62,713 nucleotides of DNA, filler included, from 8 parts of 8 records of this genome joined end to end with filler, not necessarily neighbours in it; one strand, 5' to 3'; shown: positions 19,450 to 29,893, counted from the whole stretch's first letter. The notes: a model not told the origin generated them from the letters alone. Numbers and translations are program-made.

Positions 19450-20910
19450 ATGCTGACGAAAACAACATCGACAGGTTATCGTTACCTGAAGCTGGCCGAC
19501 GAAATAGAAAGTAAAATCCAGACCGGCGTTTATAAGGCAGGCTCTCGCATACCCTCAATCAGAAACTTGCGGGAACACAGCGGCTACAGCATCAACACGG
19601 TGAGCCAGGCATATATTGAATTGGAAAAACGCGGCCTGATAGAGGCCCGGCCGAAGTCGGGATACTATGTCAAACCGCGGCTCGATCAAATTCTTCCTGC
19701 TCCGCGGATACAAAAACATAAGCCCGAGCCTAAAAAGGTTTCCATCAATACTCTAGCCTCCTCGGTTGTTGAAGCCATGGCGGATAGATCCATACTTAGA
19801 TTGGGAGGTACGCTGGTAGCGCCGGAATTGCTCCCCCTTAAATCAATAGCCGCGCTAATCAAATCAATACCAGCCAAAAAGATTGCCGAAATTCTGTCTA
19901 CTTATGAAAATCCCGCGGGAAGCGAACACTTACGCCGCCAGATTGCCGCGCGAACTCTGACTCATTTTCAAAAAACCGACATTGAAGATATCATTATCAC
20001 TAATGGCTGCGTGGAAGCGGTCAGTATTTGCCTGCGGGCGACTGGTTCCAAAGGGGACGCAGTCATTGTTGAATCGCCTACCTACCCCTGGTTCCTCCAG
20101 ATGATCGAAGATTTAAATATGCTCGCTCTTGAACTGCCAACCCATCCACAAACAGGCATCGATCTCGATTCAGTCGAAAATGCGATAAACAGTCACAATG
20201 TCAGCGCTTGTATCGTGGTCGCAAATTTTCACAATCCCCTGGGATTCCAGATGCCGGAGGAAAATAAAAAGCGGCTGGTTAACATCTTGAATAAGAAAAA
20301 TGTCGCTCTTATCGAGGATGATATCCACGGCGATTTGTATTTTGGGGCCAAGAGGCCGACCACTTTAAAATCATACGATGGCCAGGGACTTGTCCTCTAT
20401 TGTTCTTCTTTCTCCAAAACCCTGGCTCCCGGCCTGCGCATCGGCTGGACCATGCCGGGCGTGTTCAAATCCGCGGTCAGACAATTAAAACTAAACCATA
20501 CCGTGGCTTCCCCGCCGCTGATCCAATACGCACTGGCGGAATTCCTTCGAGGAGGGGCATATGACCGCCATCTACGAAAACTGCGCACCGACCTCAAAAA
20601 CCAGGTCAGCAACATGGCCACGGCCATTGCCCGTTATTTTCCGAAAAAGACTCGTATTACAGCCCCGAAAGGCGGATTTGCTTTGTGGGTGGAATTGAAT
20701 CCAAAAGTTGACGGCCTAGAGGTTTACAGGGAAGCTCAACGCAGAAGGATCGCTATTTTGCCGGGAATCATGTGCTCGACAACTCCGAAATTTAATCATT
20801 TCATTCGTCTCAACTGTGGATTCCCATGGAGTGAGTCGATAGAACAGGGCGTCCGTACGCTTGGCCGAATTGTTCACGAGTTGGGGGAAGAGAAAAAACA
20901 GGGGGCATGA
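19450..20910 (+). CDS. GntR/MocR-family PLP-dependent transcriptional regulator
   Basis: wHTH (RIPSIRNL...SINTVSQAY.ELEKRG); aminotransferase-like domain with IEDDIHG and SFSKTLAPGLRIGW. Confidence 0.93.
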   Translation: MLTKTTSTGYRYLKLADEIESKIQTGVYKAGSRIPSIRNLREHSGYSINTVSQAYIELEKRGLIEARPKSGYYVKPRLDQILPAPRIQKHKPEPKKVSINTLASSVVEAMADRSILRLGGTLVAPELLPLKSIAALIKSIPAKKIAEILSTYENPAGSEHLRRQIAARTLTHFQKTDIEDIIITNGCVEAVSICLRATGSKGDAVIVESPTYPWFLQMIEDLNMLALELPTHPQTGIDLDSVENAINSHNVSACIVVANFHNPLGFQMPEENKKRLVNILNKKNVALIEDDIHGDLYFGAKRPTTLKSYDGQGLVLYCSSFSKTLAPGLRIGWTMPGVFKSAVRQLKLNHTVASPPLIQYALAEFLRGGAYDRHLRKLRTDLKNQVSNMATAIARYFPKKTRITAPKGGFALWVELNPKVDGLEVYREAQRRRIAILPGIMCSTTPKFNHFIRLNCGFPWSESIEQGVRTLGRIVHELGEEKKQGA

Positions 20911-21070
20911 ATCCTGCCCGTAAATGCTTTTGCACTGAAAAGGGACCTTTCAAGTTGAAAAGCAATAATGTATCGTTTCAATAAATAAGCTCAATCAAAA
21001 CGTCCTCCTTATATCCTCTGTATTCTGTAAGATATGTAAATAATAAAGAAAAACTGATATTTCCCTGAGG

Positions 21071-21085
21071 TGGCACGCATTATGC
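21071..21085 (+). promoter_or_regulatory. Sigma54 promoter
   Basis: TGGCACGCATTATGC (GG-N10-GC), about 85 bp upstream of the CDS at 21171. Confidence 0.65.
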
Positions 21086-21170
21086 CCTTTCAAAAGCCTG
21101 AATAAGCGGCGGCGCGGACGGAGTTCCGCGCAATTAACTGTTTGATATTAGGACAGGAAAGGAGAAAAAA

Positions 21171-21467
21171 ATGAACGAGCCAGTCAGTGTGGATAATATG
21201 CTTGAGGCAATCTCGGGAGTATTAATCAGATGCTTTATAATTGGAATAATAGGCCTGACTATTTCTGTTGCCTGGATAATGGCCGTCCCGGACTGGGCAT
21301 GGCAGTTTCATGGTAAACTGTTTAATGTCACTGGCGAGCAGGCTTCCCTGGTTGTCTATGCGGGGCTTGTCGTTGCCAAGGTTGGGATATTGGGTCTTTT
21401 CCTGTTGCCTTATATTGGCATAAGGATGGTCCTAAAGAAGCGAAAAAAGGAACTGCTTCAGAATTGA
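21171..21467 (+). CDS. Small two-TM membrane protein (DUF6868-like)
   Basis: AAGGAG RBS; LIRCF...DWAWQFHGKLF...YAGL...K...LF.LLPYIG pattern; family recalled, not searched. Confidence 0.7.
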   Translation: MNEPVSVDNMLEAISGVLIRCFIIGIIGLTISVAWIMAVPDWAWQFHGKLFNVTGEQASLVVYAGLVVAKVGILGLFLLPYIGIRMVLKKRKKELLQN

Positions 21468-21488
21468 TGATCTACCGTTAAATATCGG

Positions 21489-22304
21489 CTAAGATACAAT
21501 CTTAATAATAATGAGCGTGACATCATCCTGAAGATTGAAACCTTGCCTGAAGTGATCGAGAGAATCGATTATAATCTCCAACAACCTATGGGCTTCAACA
21601 TCCGCATTTTCTCTGATTATCCTGCAAAGTGCATTTTTTCCAAACATTTCACCTTCCGGATTATGCGTCTCCCATATGCCGTCGGTTCCTAAAATAATAA
21701 TCTGCCCCGCCTTGAGCCCGTCTTTACTGATTGTTTCGTATTGCCATTCGCTGTCTATTCCCAGCGGCAAACCCGGTCCGGCCAGATCCTCGAATGTGTC
21801 TGTTTCGGGATCGTAAAAGATTCCAGGATCATGCCCGGCGCGAATCCATTCGAGCCGTCGGCTTACATGATCCACGACCATATAAAATAAAGTCATGAAT
21901 TGTCCGGACTCTTCAACATCCAGGGTAACTTGGCGATTAACATCCGAAACGACTTGCGACAGCCCGCCCGGTAGAGAGGCCCGCTGCCTTATATACGCCC
22001 TCGCCGTAGTCATAAGCAGGGCTGACGGTATGCCGTGGCCGGATACATCGCCAACCACAATACCGATTTTTCCATCCTCATTGGGGCCGGCTTGAATAAA
22101 ATCGTAATAGTCGCCGCCTGTCTCGTCGCAATAGATGCTTTTCCCTGCAATATCAAGACCTTTGATTCCTGGATGCTCTTTTGGAAGAAGATGCTGTTGA
22201 ACCTCCATGGCCAGTTCAAGGGAACGCTTCATCAAATCCCTTTCCTTGAGCCCTTTCGTCATTTCATTTATTACATCGCCCGTGTATCCGATTTCATCGT
22301 TTGA
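21489..22304 (-). CDS. SpoIIE/PP2C phosphatase with a preceding HAMP fragment (5' truncated)
   Basis: SNDEIG..EM, TGGDYYD, VGDVSGHG, RAGH, GTDGIWE, QDDVT. Confidence 0.92.
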   Translation of the reverse strand, partial: SNDEIGYTGDVINEMTKGLKERDLMKRSLELAMEVQQHLLPKEHPGIKGLDIAGKSIYCDETGGDYYDFIQAGPNEDGKIGIVVGDVSGHGIPSALLMTTARAYIRQRASLPGGLSQVVSDVNRQVTLDVEESGQFMTLFYMVVDHVSRRLEWIRAGHDPGIFYDPETDTFEDLAGPGLPLGIDSEWQYETISKDGLKAGQIIILGTDGIWETHNPEGEMFGKNALCRIIRENADVEAHRLLEIIIDSLDHFRQGFNLQDDVTLIIIKIVS

Positions 22305-22404
22305 NNNNNNNNNNNNNNNNNNNNNNNNNNNNNNNNNNNNNNNNNNNNTTAATTAATTAANNNNNNNNNNNNNNNNNNNNNNNNNNNNNNNNNNNNNNNN
22401 NNNN
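22305..22404. other. Artificial contig-joining spacer
   Basis: N44-TTAATTAATTAA-N44. Confidence 0.98.
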
Positions 22405-23059
22405 TGTTGCCCGGATTGATGGATGCATCTGTTTGAATAAAATTATGAAAAACACGCTCTTGAGTTTTTATGCTTCTCTCGACAGCGCTTACCACACCCG
22501 TCGTAACCGTATGGGAAAAGCCGAAGGGGTTACCGATGGCAATAACAGATTCTCCGATCATAATTTGATCCGAATCTCCCATCTTTATGGAGGGTAATTT
22601 TTTATCTGATTTTATTTTTAGCACGGCCAGATCAGAATCTGGGTCCATTCCTACAATAATTCCTTCGAACTCCCTTTTATCATTAAGCATTACTGTTATT
22701 GTTGTAGCCTTTTGGATGACATGGGCATTGGTCAAGACAAAACCACGATTACCGTCAATGATGACTCCGGATCCAAGGCTGCTTCGTTTTTCTCGCCGCT
22801 CCATTTCAGGAGAAAAAAAATCGTCAAAAAATTTTTCCAGCATGGGGTCCAATCCGTATCCTGAAAACGGATTGGATTTCTTGCGTATTTCATATTCTGA
22901 ACTTATATTGACAACCGCAGGGCTGACCTTCCGTACAGCTTTCACCACGTCACTCTCTCTGGTGTTGACAGTACAATAGGCTGGTTCACAGCAGATGAAA
23001 AGGGTTGTAGCAATACACCAAGTAAAAAGTTGCACTGAAAATTTGTTACGTTTTTTCAT
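22405..23059 (-). CDS. HtrA/DegP-family serine protease (3' truncated)
   Basis: SLGSGVII, LTNAHV, DLAVLKI, IGNPFG, IQTDASINPGN. Confidence 0.95.
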
Positions 23060-23109
23060 GGTTTAATAATTAACATTTTTAATTAATAGCTGAAATAAAA
23101 AGATATATC

Positions 23110-25629
23110 ATGAGCAACACATCCATTCAAGAACTCCTCCCACTTGTACAACAGCCCAGCCGTTATTTGGGAAACGAGATGTATCGGGTTAAAAAAGATT
23201 GGGATCAAATCAACCTTCATATTGCACTGGCTTTTCCGGATCTTTATGAAATCGCAACTTCCCATTTTGGAATTCAGATATTGTACGGAATTCTCAATAA
23301 TCAGGAAGATATTTTGGCAGAACGTGTTTTTGCACCGGCAGAGGATCTGGAAGCGCATCTTAGAAAAAGAAATGGAAAGCTGTGTTCCCTTGAATCTCAA
23401 ACACCGCTGCATCAATTCGACATTATTGGATTCAGCCTTCTTTATGAATTGAACTACACCAATATGGTGAATATGATCAATCTTGCCGGGCTCCCTTTTT
23501 TTGCGGATCAAAGAAGTGAAGCGGATCCTGTTTTGATCGCAGGTGGCCCCTGCATGTGCAATCCGGAACCCGTTGCCGACTTTTTCGATGCCATCGTTGT
23601 GGGTGACGGAGAACCTGTTATAATAAAGATGACCAATGAATGGAAAAAGTGGCGTAAATCAAAACAGGCTAAAAAAAAGGACCTACTCACACGCTGGTCA
23701 ACGATTACTGGGGTGTATGTTCCATCCTTTTTTAAAACTCCTTTAAAAACAGAAAAAAGAGAAAAATCAAATTCGAATGTAAGCTTCCAAAAAAAAGTGT
23801 CAAGGTCTGTAGCATCCGATTTAAATGACGCATTTTTTCCGCAAACGCCGGTTATCCCTTTTGGGAAACCCATTCATGATCGTCTTCGAATGGAGATTGC
23901 GAGAGGTTGTACAAGGGGATGCCGATTTTGCCAGGCAGGTATGATTTATCGTCCTGTTCGAGAACGGGATCCGAAATCCGTTGTTGATTCGGTTCACTCA
24001 GCTCTTGAAAAAACAGGTTATGAAGACCTGTCTCTTCTCTCCTTGAGTACAGGAGATTATGCTTGTATTGCTCCATTAATGAAAAAAATTATGGAGTTCG
24101 GGCAACAGGATCATGTTGCCGTATCTCTTCCTTCCCTTCGCGCAGGATCATTGACACCTGAATTAATGGAGCTAATAAAAAAGGTTCGAAAAACGGGATT
24201 TACCATTGCACCGGAAGCGGGAAGTCAGCGTTTGAGGGATGTGATCAATAAAAATATCACACAAGAAGATATCGAAAAAACGGTTGAAAATGCGTTTGAG
24301 CTTGGGTGGAAGCTTATTAAACTCTATTTCATGATTGGCCTTCCCACGGAAACCCAAGAAGATCTTCAAGAAATTGTTTCATTAGTTAAGAAATTGAAAA
24401 TAAAAGCAAAAAGTAAAGGAAAGGCTGGAAAAATTAATGTCAGTGTAGCCACCTTTGTGCCCAAACCGCACACACCTTTCCAATGGGAACCCCAAATATC
24501 CCTTGAAACGGCGATTGATAAAATTTCATGGTTGAGAGAACAATTGAAGATTCCGGGTATTCATGTGAAGTGGCAGGATCCAAAGGTAAGTATAATTGAA
24601 GGTGTTTGGTCAAGAGGGGATCGAAAACTCAGCCCCGCATTGATAAAAGCGTGGGAAAGAGGATGCCGGTTCGATGGTTGGAGTGATCATTTTAATTTTA
24701 ATAAATGGCAGGAAGTTTTTGCGGATTCGGGAATAGATCAGAACGATTATTTAAAAGAAAAAAAATCTAAGGATGAAAAATTACCCTGGGATCATATCGA
24801 TATGGGTATAAATCGTGATTTTTTGATACAGGAAAAAGAAAAGGCTGTATTGGAAAAAATAACAGATGATTGTCGAACCGGGAACTGCGGCGGTTGTGGT
24901 GTCTGTGATTTCACTGCGCTTAAACCCGTTTCCTATCATGGCAAAAAAATCCATTTTACTGATGAACCTTCCGTTGGAATTCTTGAAAATGATGAAGTAT
25001 CAATTACTTATGGTGTAACCTTTTCCAAAATGGGCGAGGCTCGGTTTTTAGGTCATTTAGAGATGATTAAGCTGTTTGTAAGAGCACTTCGAAGAGAGAA
25101 TGTCCCGTTACGATATTCCGGTGGTTTTCATCCCATGCCCAAAATATCTTTTTTAGATACGTTGCCTGTGGGGATGCAGAGCGAAGATGAGACAATGCTG
25201 GTAAAAATGAGAAAAGAGATAGATTCCGATCAGCTGGTCATCCGCCTGGGACAACAACTACCCGCAGGCATAGATATAATTGGTTGTTCTTTGTTCGAAA
25301 AAAAGGATTTGGCAAAGCAGGGAGATAAACGCACCTACACCGTTCAATTAAATGATGGTTTTTTTGATGAAAAGAAGTTAGATTGGTTTCAGTGCCAAAA
25401 AGTGGTAACGGTTGAAAAAAAATCAAAGAAAAACAAAAGGGTAAAAATAAATTTGAAAAATGCCGTTTGTGAAATCGCACGGCTGAATTCATCGCTGGTA
25501 AGGATCTGCCTAAAAAAGGAAAGTAATTTAACGATTAGACCTTCACAGGCAATTGAACAGATATTCGATCTGACAGAACATCAGTTGCTGACAGCGATTA
25601 TAACGAAAAAAAAATCAGACTATGTATAA
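23110..25629 (+). CDS. TIGR03960-type radical SAM protein fused to a TIGR03936/DUF2344-type domain
   Basis: QPSRYLGNE, AFPDLYEI, EIARGCTRGCRFC, FVPKPHTPFQW, C..GNCGGCGVC; C-terminal FSKMGEARFLGHLE...YSGGFHPMPKISF. Confidence 0.9.
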   Translation: MSNTSIQELLPLVQQPSRYLGNEMYRVKKDWDQINLHIALAFPDLYEIATSHFGIQILYGILNNQEDILAERVFAPAEDLEAHLRKRNGKLCSLESQTPLHQFDIIGFSLLYELNYTNMVNMINLAGLPFFADQRSEADPVLIAGGPCMCNPEPVADFFDAIVVGDGEPVIIKMTNEWKKWRKSKQAKKKDLLTRWSTITGVYVPSFFKTPLKTEKREKSNSNVSFQKKVSRSVASDLNDAFFPQTPVIPFGKPIHDRLRMEIARGCTRGCRFCQAGMIYRPVRERDPKSVVDSVHSALEKTGYEDLSLLSLSTGDYACIAPLMKKIMEFGQQDHVAVSLPSLRAGSLTPELMELIKKVRKTGFTIAPEAGSQRLRDVINKNITQEDIEKTVENAFELGWKLIKLYFMIGLPTETQEDLQEIVSLVKKLKIKAKSKGKAGKINVSVATFVPKPHTPFQWEPQISLETAIDKISWLREQLKIPGIHVKWQDPKVSIIEGVWSRGDRKLSPALIKAWERGCRFDGWSDHFNFNKWQEVFADSGIDQNDYLKEKKSKDEKLPWDHIDMGINRDFLIQEKEKAVLEKITDDCRTGNCGGCGVCDFTALKPVSYHGKKIHFTDEPSVGILENDEVSITYGVTFSKMGEARFLGHLEMIKLFVRALRRENVPLRYSGGFHPMPKISFLDTLPVGMQSEDETMLVKMRKEIDSDQLVIRLGQQLPAGIDIIGCSLFEKKDLAKQGDKRTYTVQLNDGFFDEKKLDWFQCQKVVTVEKKSKKNKRVKINLKNAVCEIARLNSSLVRICLKKESNLTIRPSQAIEQIFDLTEHQLLTAIITKKKSDYV

Positions 25630-27172
25630 AAAGATTATCATTAATGTTGCCGATCATGAAACGCGTGTTGCACTTGTCGAAGATGAAACAATCGTTGAGC
25701 TATTTATAGAAAGGAAGGGAAGCCGGGATAACACTGGAAATATCTATAAGGGACGAGTTCAGCGGGTATTGCCCGGGATGCAGGCCGCATTTGTAGATAT
25801 TGGGTTGAATCAGGCTGCTTTTATTTATGTCGATGATGTGATTCGTGAATCTTTTCCAGACGTAGAAGAACAGTTTACCTGTGATGAAGAGGAATTGGAA
25901 ATAGATAACGAGGATTCTATTCTTCAAAGAAATTATCGAAGGGAAGAAAAGGAGAATATTGAGGAGCTTATCAATGAAGGACAGGAAATTCTCGTTCAGG
26001 TATCAAAATCACCCATAGGAACAAAAGGGGCCAGAATTACATCCAATATTTCTCTACCCGGTCGGTTTCTTGTCTTGATGCCCACATCCGCTCACATTGG
26101 CATATCCCGCAGAATTGAGGATGAAACGGAGCGAATGCGCCTTAAAGAAATCGTCAACGATTTGTCCAGCAATAGTTCCATGGGATATATCGTTCGTACG
26201 GCGGCAGAAGGTGTAAAAAAAGAAAAAATTGCCTACGAAATGGGGTTTTTGAAAAACTTGTGGTGTAACATTCAGAAAAAATATCAGACTGCAGGAACCC
26301 CATCTCTGCTGCATCAGGAATTGAATATCAGCCTTAGGGCTGTAAGGGACCTTTTGTTGCAAGAGGCTGAAAAACTGGTCATCGATTCGCGCAAAGATCA
26401 CGAATCCGTTTTGACATTTTTAGATACTTTCAACCCGTCATTAAAAGAATCGGTGGAACTGTACGAAGGAATAGAACCGATTTTCGATGCTTTTAATTTG
26501 GAAGGAGATATTTCCAGAGCGTTGAAAAGAAAAGTGTGGTTGAAATCAGGGGGATATATTGTCATCGAACATACGGAAGCGTTGGTGGCGATTGACGTTA
26601 ACACCGGCAGGTACGTTGGAAAATATAACCTGGAGGAGACGATATTAAAAACAAACCTGGAGGCTGTTAAAGAGATTGCTTACCAGATTCGGTTGAGAGA
26701 TATTGGTGGCATCATTATTATTGATTTTATAGATATGGAAAAAAAATCGAATCAGGAGAAAGTTTTTTCTGCATTAAACGAGGGATTTACCAAAGACAGA
26801 AGCAAGACACATATTCTACCCATTTCTGAAATGGGGCTGATCCAAATGACGAGAAAGCGAACACGGAAACCCCTTACCCGATTGTTGTGTGATCCATGCC
26901 CTTACTGTGATGGAGAGGGATATATTATTTCGATCAAAACGATCTGTTATTCAATTTACAGAGAAGTTTTGAGATATGCGGCGGACATGACCGGGTCTAA
27001 ACTGACGATACGGGTTAATCCGGAAGTGGCCGATTTTCTTCACGGAGAGGAAAATTACCTGATTTCTGGTCTCGAAAAGAGTATCGGAAAACAGATCATG
27101 GTCTATCCGGATAGTCGATATCATATGGAAGCATTCGAAATTATCGAGTCGACGGTGTCATCAAACAGGTAA
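25622..27172 (+). CDS. rng: Ribonuclease G (Rne/Rng family)
   Basis: GNIYKGRV.RVLPGMQAAFVDIG, IDVNTG, RLRDIGGIIIIDFIDM, CPYCDG; 516 aa with no RNase E-type tail. Confidence 0.92.
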   Translation: MYKKIIINVADHETRVALVEDETIVELFIERKGSRDNTGNIYKGRVQRVLPGMQAAFVDIGLNQAAFIYVDDVIRESFPDVEEQFTCDEEELEIDNEDSILQRNYRREEKENIEELINEGQEILVQVSKSPIGTKGARITSNISLPGRFLVLMPTSAHIGISRRIEDETERMRLKEIVNDLSSNSSMGYIVRTAAEGVKKEKIAYEMGFLKNLWCNIQKKYQTAGTPSLLHQELNISLRAVRDLLLQEAEKLVIDSRKDHESVLTFLDTFNPSLKESVELYEGIEPIFDAFNLEGDISRALKRKVWLKSGGYIVIEHTEALVAIDVNTGRYVGKYNLEETILKTNLEAVKEIAYQIRLRDIGGIIIIDFIDMEKKSNQEKVFSALNEGFTKDRSKTHILPISEMGLIQMTRKRTRKPLTRLLCDPCPYCDGEGYIISIKTICYSIYREVLRYAADMTGSKLTIRVNPEVADFLHGEENYLISGLEKSIGKQIMVYPDSRYHMEAFEIIESTVSSNR

Positions 27173-27197
27173 ATCCTCTAAATTGCGTATTTGAAAC

Positions 27198-27227
27198 TTG
27201 ACACGTCTTTATGCCTATGTTTAGTAT
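27198..27227 (+). promoter_or_regulatory. Sigma70 promoter of rpmH-rnpA
   Basis: TTGACA-18 nt-TAGTAT. Confidence 0.65.
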
Positions 27228-27292
27228 ACCCGATTCAACAATTTGGATTTGTCTATTTAGGTTGGCTAAACGTTAAAGAAGGAAAATAAAAA

Positions 27293-27427
27293 ATGAAACG
27301 TACGTATCAGCCGAGCAGAATAAAACGCTCACGAACTCATGGTTTCCGAAAAAGAATGTCCACCAAAGCCGGGCGCAGAATTATCAATCGCCGTAGGGCA
27401 AAAGGTAGAAAAAAATTAGCGGTTTAA
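27293..27427 (+). CDS. rpmH: 50S ribosomal protein L34
   Basis: Not in the ORF track; [44 protein letters not shown]. Confidence 0.98.
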   Translation: MKRTYQPSRIKRSRTHGFRKRMSTKAGRRIINRRRAKGRKKLAV

Positions 27428-27514
27428 TAAGTTTTGAGCAAAAGACCCTTTTTTCAGATTTAGGTAGTACCGGTATTGTAAACGTCCAATGAAAAAGGGT
27501 CTCTTTTTTTGAAA

Positions 27515-27738
27515 ATGAATACGTTCACCAAGGCAGATCGAATTAGAAAATCCGAAGAATATCGGATATTGTCCAAAAAAGGGAAACGCTTATACAGCGA
27601 TTACTTTATTTTCGTATCCCGTACAAACCAATTTTCAAGAATCCGCCTTGGCGTAACCGTATCGAAAAAAGTCGGGAACGCCGTAACAAGAAATAGAATC
27701 AAGCGAATCATTCGCGAATATTTTCGATTGAACAGAAG
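27515..27738 (+). CDS. rnpA: RNase P protein component (3' truncated)
   Basis: [21 protein letters not shown] (RNR motif); follows rpmH; alternative TTG start at 27509. Confidence 0.95.
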
Positions 27739-27838
27739 NNNNNNNNNNNNNNNNNNNNNNNNNNNNNNNNNNNNNNNNNNNNTTAATTAATTAANNNNNN
27801 NNNNNNNNNNNNNNNNNNNNNNNNNNNNNNNNNNNNNN
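27739..27838. other. Artificial contig-joining spacer
   Basis: N44-TTAATTAATTAA-N44. Confidence 0.98.
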
Positions 27839-27842
27839 CAAT

Positions 27843-28421
27843 ATGGATTTGGGCGCATACATGAAAGCGGAGTTCGACGCCCATCAGGAAACCCTGGATG
27901 CCACCCGCACCTGCGTCGAGGAACCCTTCGCGCGACTGGTTGGGGTGTGCGTTACGGCCATTCGCGCCGGCGGCAAAATCGTCTTTTTCGGCAACGGCGG
28001 CAGCGCCGCCGATTCCCAGCACCTGGCGACGGAATTGTCGGTCCGTTACAAGCTCGACCGGGGGCCGATTGCCGGGCTTGCACTGACCACCGATACTTCG
28101 GCCCTGACCGCCATCTGCAACGACACCGATTTCAATGAAATGTTCGCCCGCCAGATCGACGCCCTGTGCCGTCCCGAAGACGTTGCCATCGGACTGTCGA
28201 CCTCGGGCAACAGCGAAAACGTCAACCGCGGGCTCGAGGCGGCCCGGCGCATCGGCGCAACGGCGGCGGCTTTCGCCGGCAAAAGCGGCGGCCGCATGAA
28301 GGAAGTGGCCGACCCCCTTATCCTGATCCCGTCCGACGACACCGCGCGCATACAGGAAATGCACATCACCATCGGCCATATGCTGTGCGGCGCGCTGGAA
28401 ACCGAACTGGGGCTGCTATGA
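27843..28421 (+). CDS. gmhA: Phosphoheptose isomerase
   Basis: GNGGSAADSQH, STSGNSEN, TARIQEMH. Confidence 0.96.
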   Translation: MDLGAYMKAEFDAHQETLDATRTCVEEPFARLVGVCVTAIRAGGKIVFFGNGGSAADSQHLATELSVRYKLDRGPIAGLALTTDTSALTAICNDTDFNEMFARQIDALCRPEDVAIGLSTSGNSENVNRGLEAARRIGATAAAFAGKSGGRMKEVADPLILIPSDDTARIQEMHITIGHMLCGALETELGLL

Positions 28422-29893
28422 GCGAACGGGCCGACCTGGTACCGCTGATCGAGGCCTTCGGAACCGCCCGGGTGCTGACGATCGGCGATGTCATCCTGGA
28501 TCGTTTCGTTACCGGAACGGTTGAACGCATCTCGCCGGAAGCGCCGATCCCGGTGCTCGAGGTAAGCGGTGAATCGGCCATGGCCGGAGGCGCCGGCAAT
28601 GTCATCCGCAATCTCGGCGCCATGGGAACCGGCGGGCGTTTCGTCAGCGTCGTCGGCGACGATGCCGCGGCCGAGGAACTGCAAAAGCTTCTGGCCGATT
28701 ATTCCGATATCGAAATGACCTTGATCGTCGATACCGACCGCCGCACCTCGATCAAGACCCGCTTTGTCGCCGGCGCCCAGCAGATCATGCGGGCCGACCG
28801 CGAGGATGTTCGCGACATCGACGGCGCCGTTCGCGACGCCGTATTGGAAGGCGTATCGCTGGGCATCGAGGACTGCGACGTCGTCATCCTGTCCGATTAC
28901 GGAAAAGGCGTGCTGTCGCCCGAAATAACCGCCGCCGTCATCGAAGCCGCCAACGAGGCCGGCCGCACCGTCATCGTCGATCCGAAGGGAACCGATTATT
29001 CGCGCTACCGGGGCGCCGGTTTCCTGACCCCGAACCGGCAGGAACTGGCCCTGGCGACCGGCATGCCGACGGCCACCGACGGCGAGGTCGTGGCCGCCGC
29101 CGGCGAATTGATCGAGCGCATCGGCGCCGAAGCGGTGCTGGCAACGCGCAGCGCCGAAGGCATGACCCTGGTCACCAAAATCGGCCCGGCCCATCATCTG
29201 CCGACCGAGGCACGTGAGGTTTACGACGTATCCGGCGCCGGCGACACGGTGGTCGCCACATTGGCCGGGGCCTTGGCGGTCGGCGCCGATCCCGTCGCCG
29301 CAACCGAACTGGCCAATGTCGCCGCCGGCATCGTCGTCGGCAAGGTCGGCACGGCGGCGGCGCATCTATCCGACATCGTCACCGCCCTGCACCATCAGGA
29401 TCTGACCAGCGCCGAGGCCAAGGTGGTGGCGTTGGAACCGGCGCTCGACCGCATCGGGGTCTGGCGGCGGCGCGGCCTCAAGGTCGGTTTCACCAACGGC
29501 TGCTTCGATCTGCTTCATCCCGGCCATGTCGCCCTGTTGCGGCAGGCCCGCGATGCCTGCGACCGGCTGGTTGTCGGGCTCAATACGGATGCCTCGGTGA
29601 AACGCCTGAAGGGGCCGGACCGGCCGATCCAGACGGAAATGGCCCGCGCGACGGTTCTGGCGTCGCTGGCCAGCGTCGACATGGTGGTGTTCTTTTCCGA
29701 GGACACGCCGAAGGAACTGATCGAGTCCCTGCGCCCGGACCTGCTCGTCAAGGGGGCCGACTATGCGGTTCATGAGGTGGTCGGTGCCGATTTCGTGCAG
29801 GCGAACGGCGGCCGGGTGCTGTTGGTCGAACTGGAAGCGGGCCACAGCACGTCGGCGGCGATCGCCCGTATGAACGGAAATTCCGGCGATTGA
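28418..29893 (+). CDS. hldE: Bifunctional heptose-7-phosphate kinase / heptose-1-phosphate adenylyltransferase
   Basis: RISPEAPIPV, SDYGKG, DVSGAGDT, FTNGCFDLLHPGH, KGADY; start at the ATGA overlap with gmhA. Confidence 0.96.
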   Translation: MSERADLVPLIEAFGTARVLTIGDVILDRFVTGTVERISPEAPIPVLEVSGESAMAGGAGNVIRNLGAMGTGGRFVSVVGDDAAAEELQKLLADYSDIEMTLIVDTDRRTSIKTRFVAGAQQIMRADREDVRDIDGAVRDAVLEGVSLGIEDCDVVILSDYGKGVLSPEITAAVIEAANEAGRTVIVDPKGTDYSRYRGAGFLTPNRQELALATGMPTATDGEVVAAAGELIERIGAEAVLATRSAEGMTLVTKIGPAHHLPTEAREVYDVSGAGDTVVATLAGALAVGADPVAATELANVAAGIVVGKVGTAAAHLSDIVTALHHQDLTSAEAKVVALEPALDRIGVWRRRGLKVGFTNGCFDLLHPGHVALLRQARDACDRLVVGLNTDASVKRLKGPDRPIQTEMARATVLASLASVDMVVFFSEDTPKELIESLRPDLLVKGADYAVHEVVGADFVQANGGRVLLVELEAGHSTSAAIARMNGNSGD

